Shown here piece after piece: positions 1 through 9,467 of a stretch of 64,000 nucleotides of DNA (position 1 is its first letter; the number at the start of each line of letters is the position of its first letter). A program made the translations under genes and the position numbers. The notes beneath the pieces are model-generated. The model saw nothing but the letters and a program-made list of their open reading frames with translations, had not been told where the DNA came from and did no database searches. The stretch lies in the sequence record NC_031043.1. One strand, given 5' to 3'.

Positions 1-1
1 G

Positions 2-772
2 GAGTCCAAAGCCTTACAGTACGCTGAGGAATCTCAAACACTCTACGAGACGGTGGTGATTCCTGACGGGACACCGTTCCGTGGCATCTTTGATTACCTG
101 CAAAACCGTTACGGGGTGTACAGTCAGGGGCTAGGGGTCTTTAACTATCAAGACGTCTGGTTCTTGTTCCGTCCGTGGAATAAAACCCGTTTCCAAGACA
201 ACGACTACCGCCTCGTCGTTTATGCGTTGTCCACTGACCAAATGGCCCAGCCCGAACATTCATTCTACATGGATGGGAAAACGTATTACATGATTGTGGC
301 CGGTGATTCGCGATTGGTGGATAAGCGTGACCAAGAAGCTTTGAACGAGGGTACCGGTTATCGTGTGGGTTCAGTTCGTGCGCTTGATGGCCGTACTACC
401 GACTTAACCAACCAAGGCGTCTCTCAGACGACCCCTGGAGCGTTTGTCAGTAATTCTAACCCTACGCCCCACAATTCGCAATTAACCAACGCAGGCTTCG
501 GCTCAGCCCGTTTTGTGGATGATGACAAAGCCATTCGCAGTGAACTGGCGCGTAAGGGCGGTCGTTACTTAACGGTGACGTGGAACCATGCGATGTTTGG
601 TGCTGTCCGTCCGGGTATGGGTGTGCAGTACAACTATGCGAATGACGGTGGGATGTTTACCAAGCATGGGACAGTGATTGGGGAAGTACACCATACTGCG
701 ATGGATGGTGGGGGTGCTGCGGGTGACCGTTACATCAGTAGTGCTGAGATTACCCTGTGGATTGCTGACTAA
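2..772 (+). CDS. 5'-truncated phiKZ-like virion structural protein (C-terminal part)
   Basis: The frame is open from base 2, so the gene starts upstream of the window. YGVYSQGLG...WFLF resembles phiKZ-family virion proteins (recalled, not searched). Confidence 0.55.
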   Translation, partial: ESKALQYAEESQTLYETVVIPDGTPFRGIFDYLQNRYGVYSQGLGVFNYQDVWFLFRPWNKTRFQDNDYRLVVYALSTDQMAQPEHSFYMDGKTYYMIVAGDSRLVDKRDQEALNEGTGYRVGSVRALDGRTTDLTNQGVSQTTPGAFVSNSNPTPHNSQLTNAGFGSARFVDDDKAIRSELARKGGRYLTVTWNHAMFGAVRPGMGVQYNYANDGGMFTKHGTVIGEVHHTAMDGGGAAGDRYISSAEITLWIAD

Positions 773-802
773 CTTATTTTTTACGTTACCGGGATTAAAT
801 AT

Positions 803-945
803 AGGAAGCTTAGGGGATACCTAAGATTGGGAGGGGGTTTTTTAACGAGTAATGAGCGTAGCGAATTACGACTTCCTTATTCCTAAGTAATCTCCTTTAG
901 AGATTACGCTAAGCCGTTAGCTCTCCCTTCGGGGAGAGTCCTATT
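803..945 (+). other. Multi-hairpin intergenic element ending in a UUCG intrinsic terminator
   Basis: Stems: 809-814/820-825, 849-853/865-869, 887-894/900-907, 908-912/917-921 and 921-927/932-938 (TTCG loop, T-run after). Confidence 0.6.
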
Positions 946-950
946 TTCTT

Positions 951-974
951 TTTACGTCATTTTCTATTGGTATG
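951..974 (+). promoter_or_regulatory. Candidate late/middle promoter (TTTACGT-N13-TATG)
   Basis: The same spacing recurs at 8350-8373. TATG is the established phiKZ late-promoter core. Confidence 0.35.
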
Positions 975-1006
975 CTAGCAAAACACTTTAACAAGGAATC
1001 ATTCGA

Positions 1007-1747
1007 ATGAAAAGTATCGTACGTTATATGCTCTCCGCTGATATCATTAAACTGATTGATGACTACGAGAAAGCTACTTTCAGTAAACCTACCAAACTGT
1101 GGGACCGCTTACTGAAAGTTCTGCCGCACGGTGGGGAACTTGAAATCTTAGGCGTGCAAGCGACCAGCATGGATACCACCATTGCTATCATCTATCGTCA
1201 TGACGGTGTGGAAGGCGGTAAGAACCTGCCTATCGCGGATATTGGTAGTCTGGGTCACATTCTGTTCATGCACTGCATTGCGTTCGCTACCCCGTATCAG
1301 ATTCTGCACAAAATCTATGCGATTGACTACATCTACGCGCTGAGCCAAGTTATCGCCAGCCGTATTACTGCCGGTGACTTCACCACGTATCCTGAATACG
1401 TCAAGCGTATCAAACCTGAAGACTTCGACGATTCCGTTTCGCTCGACCTCTACCGTTTTGAAATCGTGGGTGAGAACCGTACTGACGATTACGTGACTTA
1501 TCTGAAAGCGATGGTGCGTCTGTTCGCTGAGATGGTAACGCCGGACACGTCAAACAACCACAACGAAATCTTCCCGGCACTGATGTACGGTAACAAGATT
1601 GCGTTCGGTACTTACATCCCGTTCCCGGCACGTATCGTTATGCCGTTCGATGATAAGACCATTCTGCCAGAACCGCAGGAACTGGAACTGACCTTCAGTA
1701 CCGCCGTGACTGCTATCTCTGAAAAGCGCTATAACCTCGAACACTAA
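1007..1747 (+). CDS. Hypothetical protein, 246 aa
   Basis: SD aagga, host-like codon bias, strong terminator downstream. Confidence 0.85.
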   Translation: MKSIVRYMLSADIIKLIDDYEKATFSKPTKLWDRLLKVLPHGGELEILGVQATSMDTTIAIIYRHDGVEGGKNLPIADIGSLGHILFMHCIAFATPYQILHKIYAIDYIYALSQVIASRITAGDFTTYPEYVKRIKPEDFDDSVSLDLYRFEIVGENRTDDYVTYLKAMVRLFAEMVTPDTSNNHNEIFPALMYGNKIAFGTYIPFPARIVMPFDDKTILPEPQELELTFSTAVTAISEKRYNLEH

Positions 1748-1754
1748 GTAAGTC

Positions 1755-1798
1755 CCTACTACCGCCTTTTGGGCGGTAGTAGGCGTATTTCTTTTTTT
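1755..1798 (+). terminator. Intrinsic terminator
   Basis: 12-bp stem cctactaccgcc/ggcggtagtagg followed by a T-run. Confidence 0.85.
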
Positions 1799-1838
1799 GT
1801 CAATAAAAATAATTTCAGATATATATTACTTTAATGAA
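1793..1838 (+). promoter_or_regulatory. Early (virion RNAP-type) promoter
   Basis: Contains TATATTAC (phiKZ early consensus). Matches 26766-26811 at 43 of 46 positions. Confidence 0.75.
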
Positions 1839-1885
1839 CGAGAAGCAATATCTCATCTAATTATAAACTTAAAAGGAATACGACT

Positions 1886-2059
1886 ATGCGCAAATTAGAC
1901 AATATCGACCTGCTGCTGAAACTCTCTGGTAAAGAACTCGGTGCTGTAATGGCACAGATTAAAGCAGAGAAGGAAGCCGGTCAGCAGTTACCACCGGTTA
2001 AACCATTTCGTGGATACGACATCGAATTCAACCCACGTCACATCATCACCAAGGCGTAA
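1886..2059 (+). CDS. Small early hypothetical protein, 57 aa (not in ORF track)
   Basis: SD aaggaa; MRKLDNIDLLLKLSGKELG...; first ORF after the early promoter. Confidence 0.75.
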   Translation: MRKLDNIDLLLKLSGKELGAVMAQIKAEKEAGQQLPPVKPFRGYDIEFNPRHIITKA

Positions 2060-2064
2060 TAAAC

Positions 2065-2526
2065 ATGGCATACCTAAACAGTAAAGGTGCAGCTCGCCTG
2101 CAAGACCAAAACGTATTGGCAGGGATTCTGCTGGTACAACTTCACCCAACCAAGCTTATCGAAAGAGAAGGAGACGTCTATCGGAGATTCAAATTAGTTA
2201 ATCACAAAAAGATTATGTTTGTTGACTTGCAGTTAGACGAGTACAGCCACATCCATCCGGCTGACATCGAACCGTTCTATCTGGATGAAGTCACACCTAT
2301 CGAGTTTGGCATTCTCCACTTTGCCCAACGTGGGGTGCAGTACAAAGTCGAGTTCTGTCAAGACAACCGCCGTTGCTTCTTCCGGGTACTGATGGCTAAC
2401 GGTTCTAAACCTGAAACATACAGTTACCCAATCAACTTTATTATCAGCGAAAAGATGGATGATGCTATCCAGAACCTTCGCATTAACTTTACCACTATCC
2501 CACAAATCGCAGGAGAATTACAATGA
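2065..2526 (+). CDS. Hypothetical protein, 153 aa
   Basis: ORF in a tight operon. Confidence 0.75.
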   Translation: MAYLNSKGAARLQDQNVLAGILLVQLHPTKLIEREGDVYRRFKLVNHKKIMFVDLQLDEYSHIHPADIEPFYLDEVTPIEFGILHFAQRGVQYKVEFCQDNRRCFFRVLMANGSKPETYSYPINFIISEKMDDAIQNLRINFTTIPQIAGELQ

Positions 2527-2660
2527 AAGCTTACTTCAACACACGTGTTCTGGCAGTATTCGTTATCGCTACTCTGGTCGGCGCAGGCTACATTACGTTC
2601 GCCAAAGGTTATGAGCAGTGCCGTGCAAATGGCTACTCGCAGATGACCTGTAATCGTTAA
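2523..2660 (+). CDS. Small membrane/secreted protein, 45 aa (not in ORF track)
   Basis: ATGA overlap, SD ggag, hydrophobic segment VLAVFVIATLVGAGYI, two C-terminal Cys. Confidence 0.7.
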   Translation: MKAYFNTRVLAVFVIATLVGAGYITFAKGYEQCRANGYSQMTCNR

Positions 2661-2725
2661 TCAGTAAATTGCTCAAGTAAAAGATGTACCTCTCTCAATC
2701 TATCTAATATCCCGTGGAGCTTATC

Positions 2726-3163
2726 ATGACAACTATCAATCTGAAACCATCTACTATCTCTACCGAAGTTAAAGCGTTCGTTCGTAACCACCCTGTCGCA
2801 CTCCTGTGCTTAACCAATTTCATCTACAGTGGTCGGGACTTGAAAGACTTGACCGTTGAAGAACTGCAAACGGTTCACGAAGACGCCCTCGCTAAAGCTG
2901 CACAGTTCAATGTAGAAGTGCCTTCTGCAGATGAACCACAAGAAGTGTTAAATGAGTATTACAACAACGTTATTGCTCAGACCATTATGAGCGAAGAAGT
3001 CAGTGTCCCGTTCGAAGCAGACACCATCGTTGGCATGATTGACGAATTAGTAGAACGCGTGAAAAGCCATCCACGTACCGGTACCTACTACGCCATTCTG
3101 GAAAAGTCTGACCCTAATCAGGCGCGGTTCTTCGATGACATGAAAGCGTTAGTTTTAGAGTAA
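2726..3163 (+). CDS. Hypothetical protein
   Basis: SD ggag; terminator follows. Confidence 0.8.
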   Translation: MTTINLKPSTISTEVKAFVRNHPVALLCLTNFIYSGRDLKDLTVEELQTVHEDALAKAAQFNVEVPSADEPQEVLNEYYNNVIAQTIMSEEVSVPFEADTIVGMIDELVERVKSHPRTGTYYAILEKSDPNQARFFDDMKALVLE

Positions 3164-3171
3164 GACCAAAC

Positions 3172-3205
3172 GGGGAACTTCGGTTCCCCAATCACTTTAT
3201 TTTTT
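3172..3205 (+). terminator. Intrinsic terminator (TTCG loop)
   Basis: ggggaac-ttcg-gttcccc followed by a T-run. Confidence 0.75.
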
Positions 3206-3220
3206 CCTGAGGAGTATCCC

Positions 3221-3826
3221 ATGATTACAGAAGTTGGTGTTTACGGTTTGAAGATTCCTGTGCTTAACGGCTTAGGTGTTGCAGCCCACCCTTATGCCCC
3301 ATTGAAAGAAGGGATGCTGGTATATCAGCGCAGTCGTCACGACATGATGCAGCCCGACGAAGTTCGTAAATCGTCGTTTGTCTTTGACTGGGAGAATGTC
3401 TACTACTTCATTCATCTCGAAGATAACATGATGGATTGGGTCGATAGCAGCCCGCTGCTAACCAAACCGATTTATATCGACCAAGCGTACTCAGAAGAAT
3501 CGTACCACGACGATTATAAACGTTCTGGGGTTCCTATTCAGTTCGTACTGTCGCCATTAAAGCAATACGGTTGTCAGGTGCTAACGACTATTGCGTACGG
3601 CGATGTCAACGGCAACAATGAACTGGGGGTGAATTTCCTTAAGTTTAAATGCGACTATCTGAACGCGCTGAAAAACAATATCCCGGACATTCAATTCCCG
3701 CTGGATAATTACATCAGTGTCGACACGCATACTCGCCACAACGTGTTAACTCGCACCAGCATGTTCCAACTCGATGAAGTGTTACGCCGTCGTGTTGATA
3801 ACAACCCGGACGGTCCGAAGGGTTAA
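3221..3826 (+). CDS. Hypothetical protein, 201 aa
   Basis: SD gaggag. Confidence 0.8.
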   Translation: MITEVGVYGLKIPVLNGLGVAAHPYAPLKEGMLVYQRSRHDMMQPDEVRKSSFVFDWENVYYFIHLEDNMMDWVDSSPLLTKPIYIDQAYSEESYHDDYKRSGVPIQFVLSPLKQYGCQVLTTIAYGDVNGNNELGVNFLKFKCDYLNALKNNIPDIQFPLDNYISVDTHTRHNVLTRTSMFQLDEVLRRRVDNNPDGPKG

Positions 3827-3843
3827 GACAGACATAAAGCCTA

Positions 3844-3869
3844 CCCCCGTACCCAGTTGGGTACGGGGG
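3844..3869. terminator. Probable bidirectional terminator between convergent genes
   Basis: 11-bp stem cccccgtaccc/gggtacggggg. Confidence 0.75.
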
Positions 3870-3900
3870 CTATAAACCGCATGGGTTTATTTTTTTGTGC

Positions 3901-5442
3901 TTAGAACAAATCGCCGGACATTCCGCCGGTAAACTTATTGATGCTGGTAGCAGTTACTTCAATTTCCTTATCCACATCCCAAGGAAGGATGCAATGGTCT
4001 TCGAACGGTATAACTGTGTAGTGATGTTTTTCTGGTGTATCGATAATCGTACGATGTTTGCCACGCTGGACTTCTAAATAGCTACGTCCTTCAATAATAC
4101 GTTTGTTGAAGAACATCTCACCATCAGCTTCGTTATCCAGGGAAGAACAGGTATCGTACAAACCACGGCCCGGTAATGACTTCACAAAGGAAGCCTCGTC
4201 CATTGCTTTCAGACGTTTACCTTCTGGGCTAATCTGGTGAGGACCTAACAGGAACCCACGGTTACGTACCACTTGGATGTTACGAGCGATACGATAAATC
4301 TCTTTAATGTCGGAACCGGCAATACCGTTCCCGTGCCCTGCTTTGTTGATGGTACCAAAGTAGTCCGCACGAACACCCACAACATGATAACCGCGACGCT
4401 TAGCATCACTAATCAAATCGTTCAGGTAATGTACTTTAAAGTCGGAGTTGGTATGCTTCTGGAATTCATACTCCCAACCATTACGACGCAGCTTAGAACA
4501 AACGTAGTCTGCCATGCCGTCTTTATCGGCTGCTACCATGTCCGCCTTCTTACCTTCGAAGTGACCGTAAATCATCTGGTAAGCAGTGGCGATGTTAATA
4601 TCCAATTCGTTCTCAAGCGAGAGGTCGAGAATCATTGGTTGTAAATCACCCTTCACGTTAGCCATCACGTATTCAGGGGAGTTGAAGATAGGTACTGAGA
4701 TTGCGGTACACAAGCTGAACAGAGATTTACAGTTGAACGGCAGAGCAGGCATCAGCCACATCTCTTCAGTAATCCCACCGTTACAACCCATCATGCGGTT
4801 CAGCGATTGCCAGCCTGTCCGTAAACCGTGACCTGCGGCTTTGTTCTGAATCGAGTCAAACACCTTCACAAACGGAGCGGCGTTGTTCGTGTTCAGTGAA
4901 TTCACTAAAGATGGAATCTTATTATGACTACGCTCAGTGTACGTCGAGATAGAGTCACGTAGGTTGCCTAGAGCTGTACTGAGGTCAATGCGACTCTCTG
5001 TACCGTTCAATGCACCGAATGCTTGACCCAGTGTTTTGCGTAAAGTAACCGCGTTTAAAGATTGGCGAAGTTGGAAGTAGTAGCGTGATACCATCTTATT
5101 GAGGTATGCAATGCGCTCCTCAGGTTTCGTGTCATCAGGTATGGCACCGTCCTTGAGGAACTCTACTACTGTATCGTATAGGGGACGGTTCTGCGTCGTA
5201 GCCAGCATGAGTTGGCGCATAACGGCGTTATGATCGTATGGAACCTGTCCGTCAATGATAGGTTCGATGACTGCTTTGATTTCGGTGAGAGCGAGACGTT
5301 CATCGTCTTCTTCTATAAATTCCGGGAGACGAGCTTCCGCCAATACCTTTCTTATGACCTCATGATCTGTTTGTGGTTCGGTAAGAAGGCTTTCCGCGTG
5401 CAAAGTGGCTAATGCGGTAATCAACATCGTCTTGATATTCAT
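3901..5442 (-). CDS. DnaB-like replicative helicase (phiKZ gp118-like)
   Basis: GLRTGWQSLNRMMG, atypical Walker A ALPFNCKS, ADY (Walker B-like), HQIS and RGKHR motifs; immediately upstream of the capsid block as in phiKZ. Confidence 0.85.
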   Translation of the reverse strand: MNIKTMLITALATLHAESLLTEPQTDHEVIRKVLAEARLPEFIEEDDERLALTEIKAVIEPIIDGQVPYDHNAVMRQLMLATTQNRPLYDTVVEFLKDGAIPDDTKPEERIAYLNKMVSRYYFQLRQSLNAVTLRKTLGQAFGALNGTESRIDLSTALGNLRDSISTYTERSHNKIPSLVNSLNTNNAAPFVKVFDSIQNKAAGHGLRTGWQSLNRMMGCNGGITEEMWLMPALPFNCKSLFSLCTAISVPIFNSPEYVMANVKGDLQPMILDLSLENELDINIATAYQMIYGHFEGKKADMVAADKDGMADYVCSKLRRNGWEYEFQKHTNSDFKVHYLNDLISDAKRRGYHVVGVRADYFGTINKAGHGNGIAGSDIKEIYRIARNIQVVRNRGFLLGPHQISPEGKRLKAMDEASFVKSLPGRGLYDTCSSLDNEADGEMFFNKRIIEGRSYLEVQRGKHRTIIDTPEKHHYTVIPFEDHCILPWDVDKEIEVTATSINKFTGGMSGDLF

Positions 5443-5453
5443 GGAGCAACCTT

Positions 5454-5996
5454 ATGAGAGTTCGTTATAGTCCGCCGTGGGAAGATGGTCCTGACATAAA
5501 TAATGGAGCCAGCGTAAAAAAGATCGCTGACCTCCAGGCCATGTTCTTTAACTGGCTGTACGATTGTGCTCAGGGATTCAGTTCGAAAACGCTGCCTGAA
5601 CAATCCCCCACAGTTTTATTTCCGATACTCATGGCCCCGCCTGAGTGTCCGAACAGTTATTATGACTACGTACTCAATTTAGTAGAACGTGGTGATAAAG
5701 TGACTTTATCTGAATTATATGGGATAGAGTTTCCTGAAAGTCGGCTCCGTTGGAAGTTCAAACTCCAGGACGACAAAACGGTTGTGGCTACGTTGGTTAG
5801 TGAATCAGACCCATCATGTGGATTTGATTGCGCTGACGAACCTACTGCAAAAAAGATGTTCTGCGCAGAACTTTTTAAATTCATGCGTCCGAAGACTCGC
5901 GTCGTCGACGACACGTATAGCACTTCTACGCAATTCGCGCAAAACGAAGTGTTAACGGCGTTATACGCATGTCATCTACTTGAGAAGGTAACTTAA
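5454..5996 (+). CDS. Probable virion structural protein (phiKZ gp119-like by synteny)
   Basis: SD ggag; lies between helicase and capsid genes. Confidence 0.5.
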   Translation: MRVRYSPPWEDGPDINNGASVKKIADLQAMFFNWLYDCAQGFSSKTLPEQSPTVLFPILMAPPECPNSYYDYVLNLVERGDKVTLSELYGIEFPESRLRWKFKLQDDKTVVATLVSESDPSCGFDCADEPTAKKMFCAELFKFMRPKTRVVDDTYSTSTQFAQNEVLTALYACHLLEKVT

Positions 5997-5997
5997 G

Positions 5998-8262
5998 ATG
6001 AAAGAAAGTCGTATTGTTAAGCTGGAGTCGCTGATCGACGTCGGCCAGAAACTGGTTGAGAACGCAAAGCGTAGCGGCAGCTCCGAAACGTTATGGAAAA
6101 CCATGGTTGGGCGCGAGTCTATCAAAGGTAGCAGCGAAATGGCTCGTGGTCAGGTAGAAGCTGCAACTGCAGACTACCAGAGCATCACCAGCAAGAAACT
6201 GGGTGCAGCTGCTCAACGCGCTTCAAACATGATCCTGGCCGCAGCACACAACCCATTGGGCTTTGTGACCCAAGTTGCTCAAGAGTCCACTAAGGACGAA
6301 TATAGCAACTATCTGTCTGCAGGCTTCGCCGGTGCAACTGACGTTGACTACGGCAAAAACTTCGTAGGTCAGGAATACTATTCCGACAAAGACCTCGACA
6401 AAAACCTGGGCCTGAGCTGGACTCTGAACGTTCGCTCCCTGGAAACTCAGTCTCGCTTTGCCGAAACTCTGTATCCAACCATCACCGTTGACAGCAACGA
6501 TGTTGGTATCACGATCCGTACCAAAATCACCACCGTAACTCGCGGTGTGATGAACGCCCTTCTGGCGAAAGACAGCGTACTCGACAACCGTCGTCCGCTG
6601 CACGATGCGCTGACCGACCACCGTGTTCTGCAGGATGATGCAATCCGCATCGTTCCGTACATCATGGAAGACGGCAAAAACAGCGAGTTCTTCGTTGATC
6701 CAGCTATCATCGAAAACACCACTGTACAGCTGGGCCGCGTACCAGTATACCCAACGAACTACCTGAACTTCGAACAGCCTTCTCTGAACCTGTTCCGTCT
6801 GGCAGCTCACCCGGGTATCGTTACTGAAGGCTACGACGAAACTGATGAAATCGCACCGGGCGCAGCTCTGGGTGAGATTCTTCTGTCTGTTCGTAAGAAA
6901 GCTGAAAGCCTGGCCGATGGCGCGCTGTTCAAAATCAACACTCGCGACATGCAATACTCTACCTTCCAGCGTCCTGCTGAAGGTGGCGGTCGTGAACTGC
7001 TGCTGAACTTCCGTGCAACTGTCTTCACCATCAACGGCGCATCTAAAGACTGGAAAGGCAATGAAATGCCTGCCCTGGATGCACTGAAGGCGAACGACTA
7101 CAGCCTGCGCTTCGTTATCTCTGTGAACATGAGCATGCACACCACTGGTGACCGCTCTGGCTTCGTAGAAATCACCGGCAAATCCCTGCGTGTTGATTCT
7201 GTTGTCACCAAAGACGGTACTAAACTGCCGATCGACAGTGGCTCTGTCAAAACCATGCTGGAAAACATCACTCTGGAACTGTACGGCTGGCGCTTCGATG
7301 GTACTCGTACCAACGAAAACCGGAGAACTCAGGGCCTGATGCTTGACCCAATCTGGGAAATGGAAAACTACAAACTGCAATACGGTTCTCCGATTCTGAC
7401 CAAATCTCCAATCGGTCAGGAATACGACGACGCCGAGCGTTTGGACGATCTGATTTCCGCAGTTAACATCCGTAACGAATCTCTGGCTGTTAGCCAGACC
7501 CTGAACTACACTGAACAGCTGCGTGACGTTGTTGCTAATAAAGTAACTGCGTACGACAAATCTGCGATTCGTGGTCTGGGCCGTCACTGGGTGTCTGCAT
7601 GGTTCGAAGAGCTGGAATTCGATGTGTCTAAACACATCCAGACTTCCGATACCAAAGATGCGCTGGTCAACGCCCGTCAGGGCCTGTTGAACCGCCTGGG
7701 TGATCAGGTTACTCGTGCAATTCAGGAATCTCGCTACATGCCAGCTCTGCGCTTGCTGACCGCGAACCCTGACGCACGTCCGGTAGTTGTAATCGCAACC
7801 GACGAGCCAACCGCTTCTATGCTGCTGCTGCAGCAGGGCGAAACTCGTATCCTGGGCGACCGCTACCAGTACGAAGTTGTTACCACGAACGATGACCGCT
7901 GGCGTGTGAAAGACACTGACTACAATTCTGTAGTTCGTCGTCTGCAATGGGTTCTGCGTGTTGACCAAGAGAGCGACGGTTCTTACTGCGTTCTGAACTG
8001 GGGTAACCACTTCTGGTCTCCAGTGATGGTAACCAACATCAACATCCAGCGTAACGGTGGCGTGTCTAAAGAGCTGGCAGTTCAGCCTCGTAACGCGCAC
8101 ATCAACCACTGCCCGGTCTCTGGTGTTATCCTGATTAAAGGTATCACTGAGTTCGTTGCTAAGAAACTGGCTTACTATGTGGAACTGGCTAATGCTCCGG
8201 CAGACGGTTCTAACCTGGGTCCAGTAACTGGCGGTACTACCGGCGGTACTACTAATCCGTAA
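5998..8262 (+). CDS. Major capsid protein (phiKZ gp120 / SPN3US gp75-like)
   Basis: 754 aa, extreme high-expression codon bias, A/G-x-E protease-site-like motifs in the N-terminal propeptide (VAQE, VGQE), synteny, strong terminator. Confidence 0.85.
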   Translation: MKESRIVKLESLIDVGQKLVENAKRSGSSETLWKTMVGRESIKGSSEMARGQVEAATADYQSITSKKLGAAAQRASNMILAAAHNPLGFVTQVAQESTKDEYSNYLSAGFAGATDVDYGKNFVGQEYYSDKDLDKNLGLSWTLNVRSLETQSRFAETLYPTITVDSNDVGITIRTKITTVTRGVMNALLAKDSVLDNRRPLHDALTDHRVLQDDAIRIVPYIMEDGKNSEFFVDPAIIENTTVQLGRVPVYPTNYLNFEQPSLNLFRLAAHPGIVTEGYDETDEIAPGAALGEILLSVRKKAESLADGALFKINTRDMQYSTFQRPAEGGGRELLLNFRATVFTINGASKDWKGNEMPALDALKANDYSLRFVISVNMSMHTTGDRSGFVEITGKSLRVDSVVTKDGTKLPIDSGSVKTMLENITLELYGWRFDGTRTNENRRTQGLMLDPIWEMENYKLQYGSPILTKSPIGQEYDDAERLDDLISAVNIRNESLAVSQTLNYTEQLRDVVANKVTAYDKSAIRGLGRHWVSAWFEELEFDVSKHIQTSDTKDALVNARQGLLNRLGDQVTRAIQESRYMPALRLLTANPDARPVVVIATDEPTASMLLLQQGETRILGDRYQYEVVTTNDDRWRVKDTDYNSVVRRLQWVLRVDQESDGSYCVLNWGNHFWSPVMVTNINIQRNGGVSKELAVQPRNAHINHCPVSGVILIKGITEFVAKKLAYYVELANAPADGSNLGPVTGGTTGGTTNP

Positions 8263-8315
8263 TTATACGGCTTAGTAAGTAAAAAATACATCAAGAAATT
8301 GATGTGTGGTAAATG

Positions 8316-8352
8316 GGAGTCCCTTCGGGGACTCCTGTTTATTTTATTTTTT
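8316..8352 (+). terminator. Intrinsic terminator after capsid gene
   Basis: ggagtccc-ttcg-gggactcc followed by a T-run. Confidence 0.85.
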
Positions 8353-8390
8353 ACGTTCAGTACCAGTGTTATGCTGGAGAGGTGTAGTCT

Positions 8391-8422
8391 AAAAAAAGAA
8401 AGATATATGTTATTTTGTTGAC
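8391..8422 (+). promoter_or_regulatory. Candidate early promoter variant
   Basis: A-run followed by AGATATATGTTATTTTGTTGAC, which resembles the 1793/26766 motif; lies upstream of the nvRNAP-containing operon. Confidence 0.45.
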
Positions 8423-8449
8423 ATCCTGCAATAAATAGAGGTCAACGTT

Positions 8450-9457
8450 GTGAACTTCCAGCAACAACGGCCCTCTGCTGAACCATCAATCTTACCAACT
8501 TATCAACCGTTTACACGGACTGTTGTGTACGAGAACCGAACGAATGTTCCGGTCACCGTATCACAGGCACATGGTGAGTACATTGTTATCCATCCGCTAA
8601 CCGAAAGGGTACCCGCGATGGAGTTCAATGTGTATGTTCATTATCAAGCCCGGACTGAGTCAAGTTTGGCTGGTTTGAAGGGGGCCTTAACCGACAAAGA
8701 ATACGGTCTGGTTAGGGAAGGTATTGTAGAACGAGGTTACGCAACTCTTAAGTTCCGTGTAACCGACTTCTCAGCGTTTGTATTAGATGAAGGGATACAC
8801 CTGCCCAACATCGGTATCGCGATTGCGAAAGGTGTTCATGCCAAGCACTTATTCCCATCCGATAAACCGGCTCCCACTGAAAAGGAAAATATCTCACACC
8901 TGCAAATATCAGTAAGTGTGATTACAGATAATCCTTTAAAGGCGGAGCGAAAGTACATTCGTTTTCTCTCTAGCATAATCGAGGTACAACCTCAGGTCAG
9001 TTCTGTATACGAACCTGGCGTGTACATCGTTATTAATTCCAACGGACCAAATCCGTTCATGGAGTTTTTCAACTTGGAGGATAAGTCGTGTCCTTTCCGA
9101 GTATTTCCTACCCGTGCACAAGCTGAGGCATTTGAATGGGCAGACTCATCGCCTGAGTATCTCAACATGCTGAAAGAACAGTTAGCAAGGGATAGGTTAA
9201 TAATAGATAAGGAGGCTAACGAAAAACGTAACGAGTTGGAGTTTACGCATAAACGCCAGCTTGACGAACTTACCCTACGTAAAGAAGAGATGGGACTGGA
9301 GAGGAAGGAACGTGAGGCGGAATTCAAGATGCGGCTTGAGCAGCAAAAAGCTTATTACGAAGAACGCTCTTATGCTCGAAAAGATTCCTCAGAGTTGCTG
9401 AAATGGTTACCTGCAATGATTACGGGTGCCGCAGCTTTATTTGGATTTTTGGCTTAG
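8450..9457 (+). CDS. Hypothetical protein with C-terminal coiled coil and hydrophobic tail
   Basis: GTG start with SD agagg; charged E/K/R-rich helix; ends WLPAMITGAAALFGFLA. Confidence 0.8.
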   Translation: MNFQQQRPSAEPSILPTYQPFTRTVVYENRTNVPVTVSQAHGEYIVIHPLTERVPAMEFNVYVHYQARTESSLAGLKGALTDKEYGLVREGIVERGYATLKFRVTDFSAFVLDEGIHLPNIGIAIAKGVHAKHLFPSDKPAPTEKENISHLQISVSVITDNPLKAERKYIRFLSSIIEVQPQVSSVYEPGVYIVINSNGPNPFMEFFNLEDKSCPFRVFPTRAQAEAFEWADSSPEYLNMLKEQLARDRLIIDKEANEKRNELEFTHKRQLDELTLRKEEMGLERKEREAEFKMRLEQQKAYYEERSYARKDSSELLKWLPAMITGAAALFGFLA

Positions 9458-9467
9458 CGAGGCAATA

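Noticed and set aside
6223-8109. 628-aa antisense ORF opposite the capsid gene
   Set aside because: Shadow ORF: the capsid's codon bias avoids TTA/CTA/TCA, which removes antisense stops. No SD or motifs were seen.
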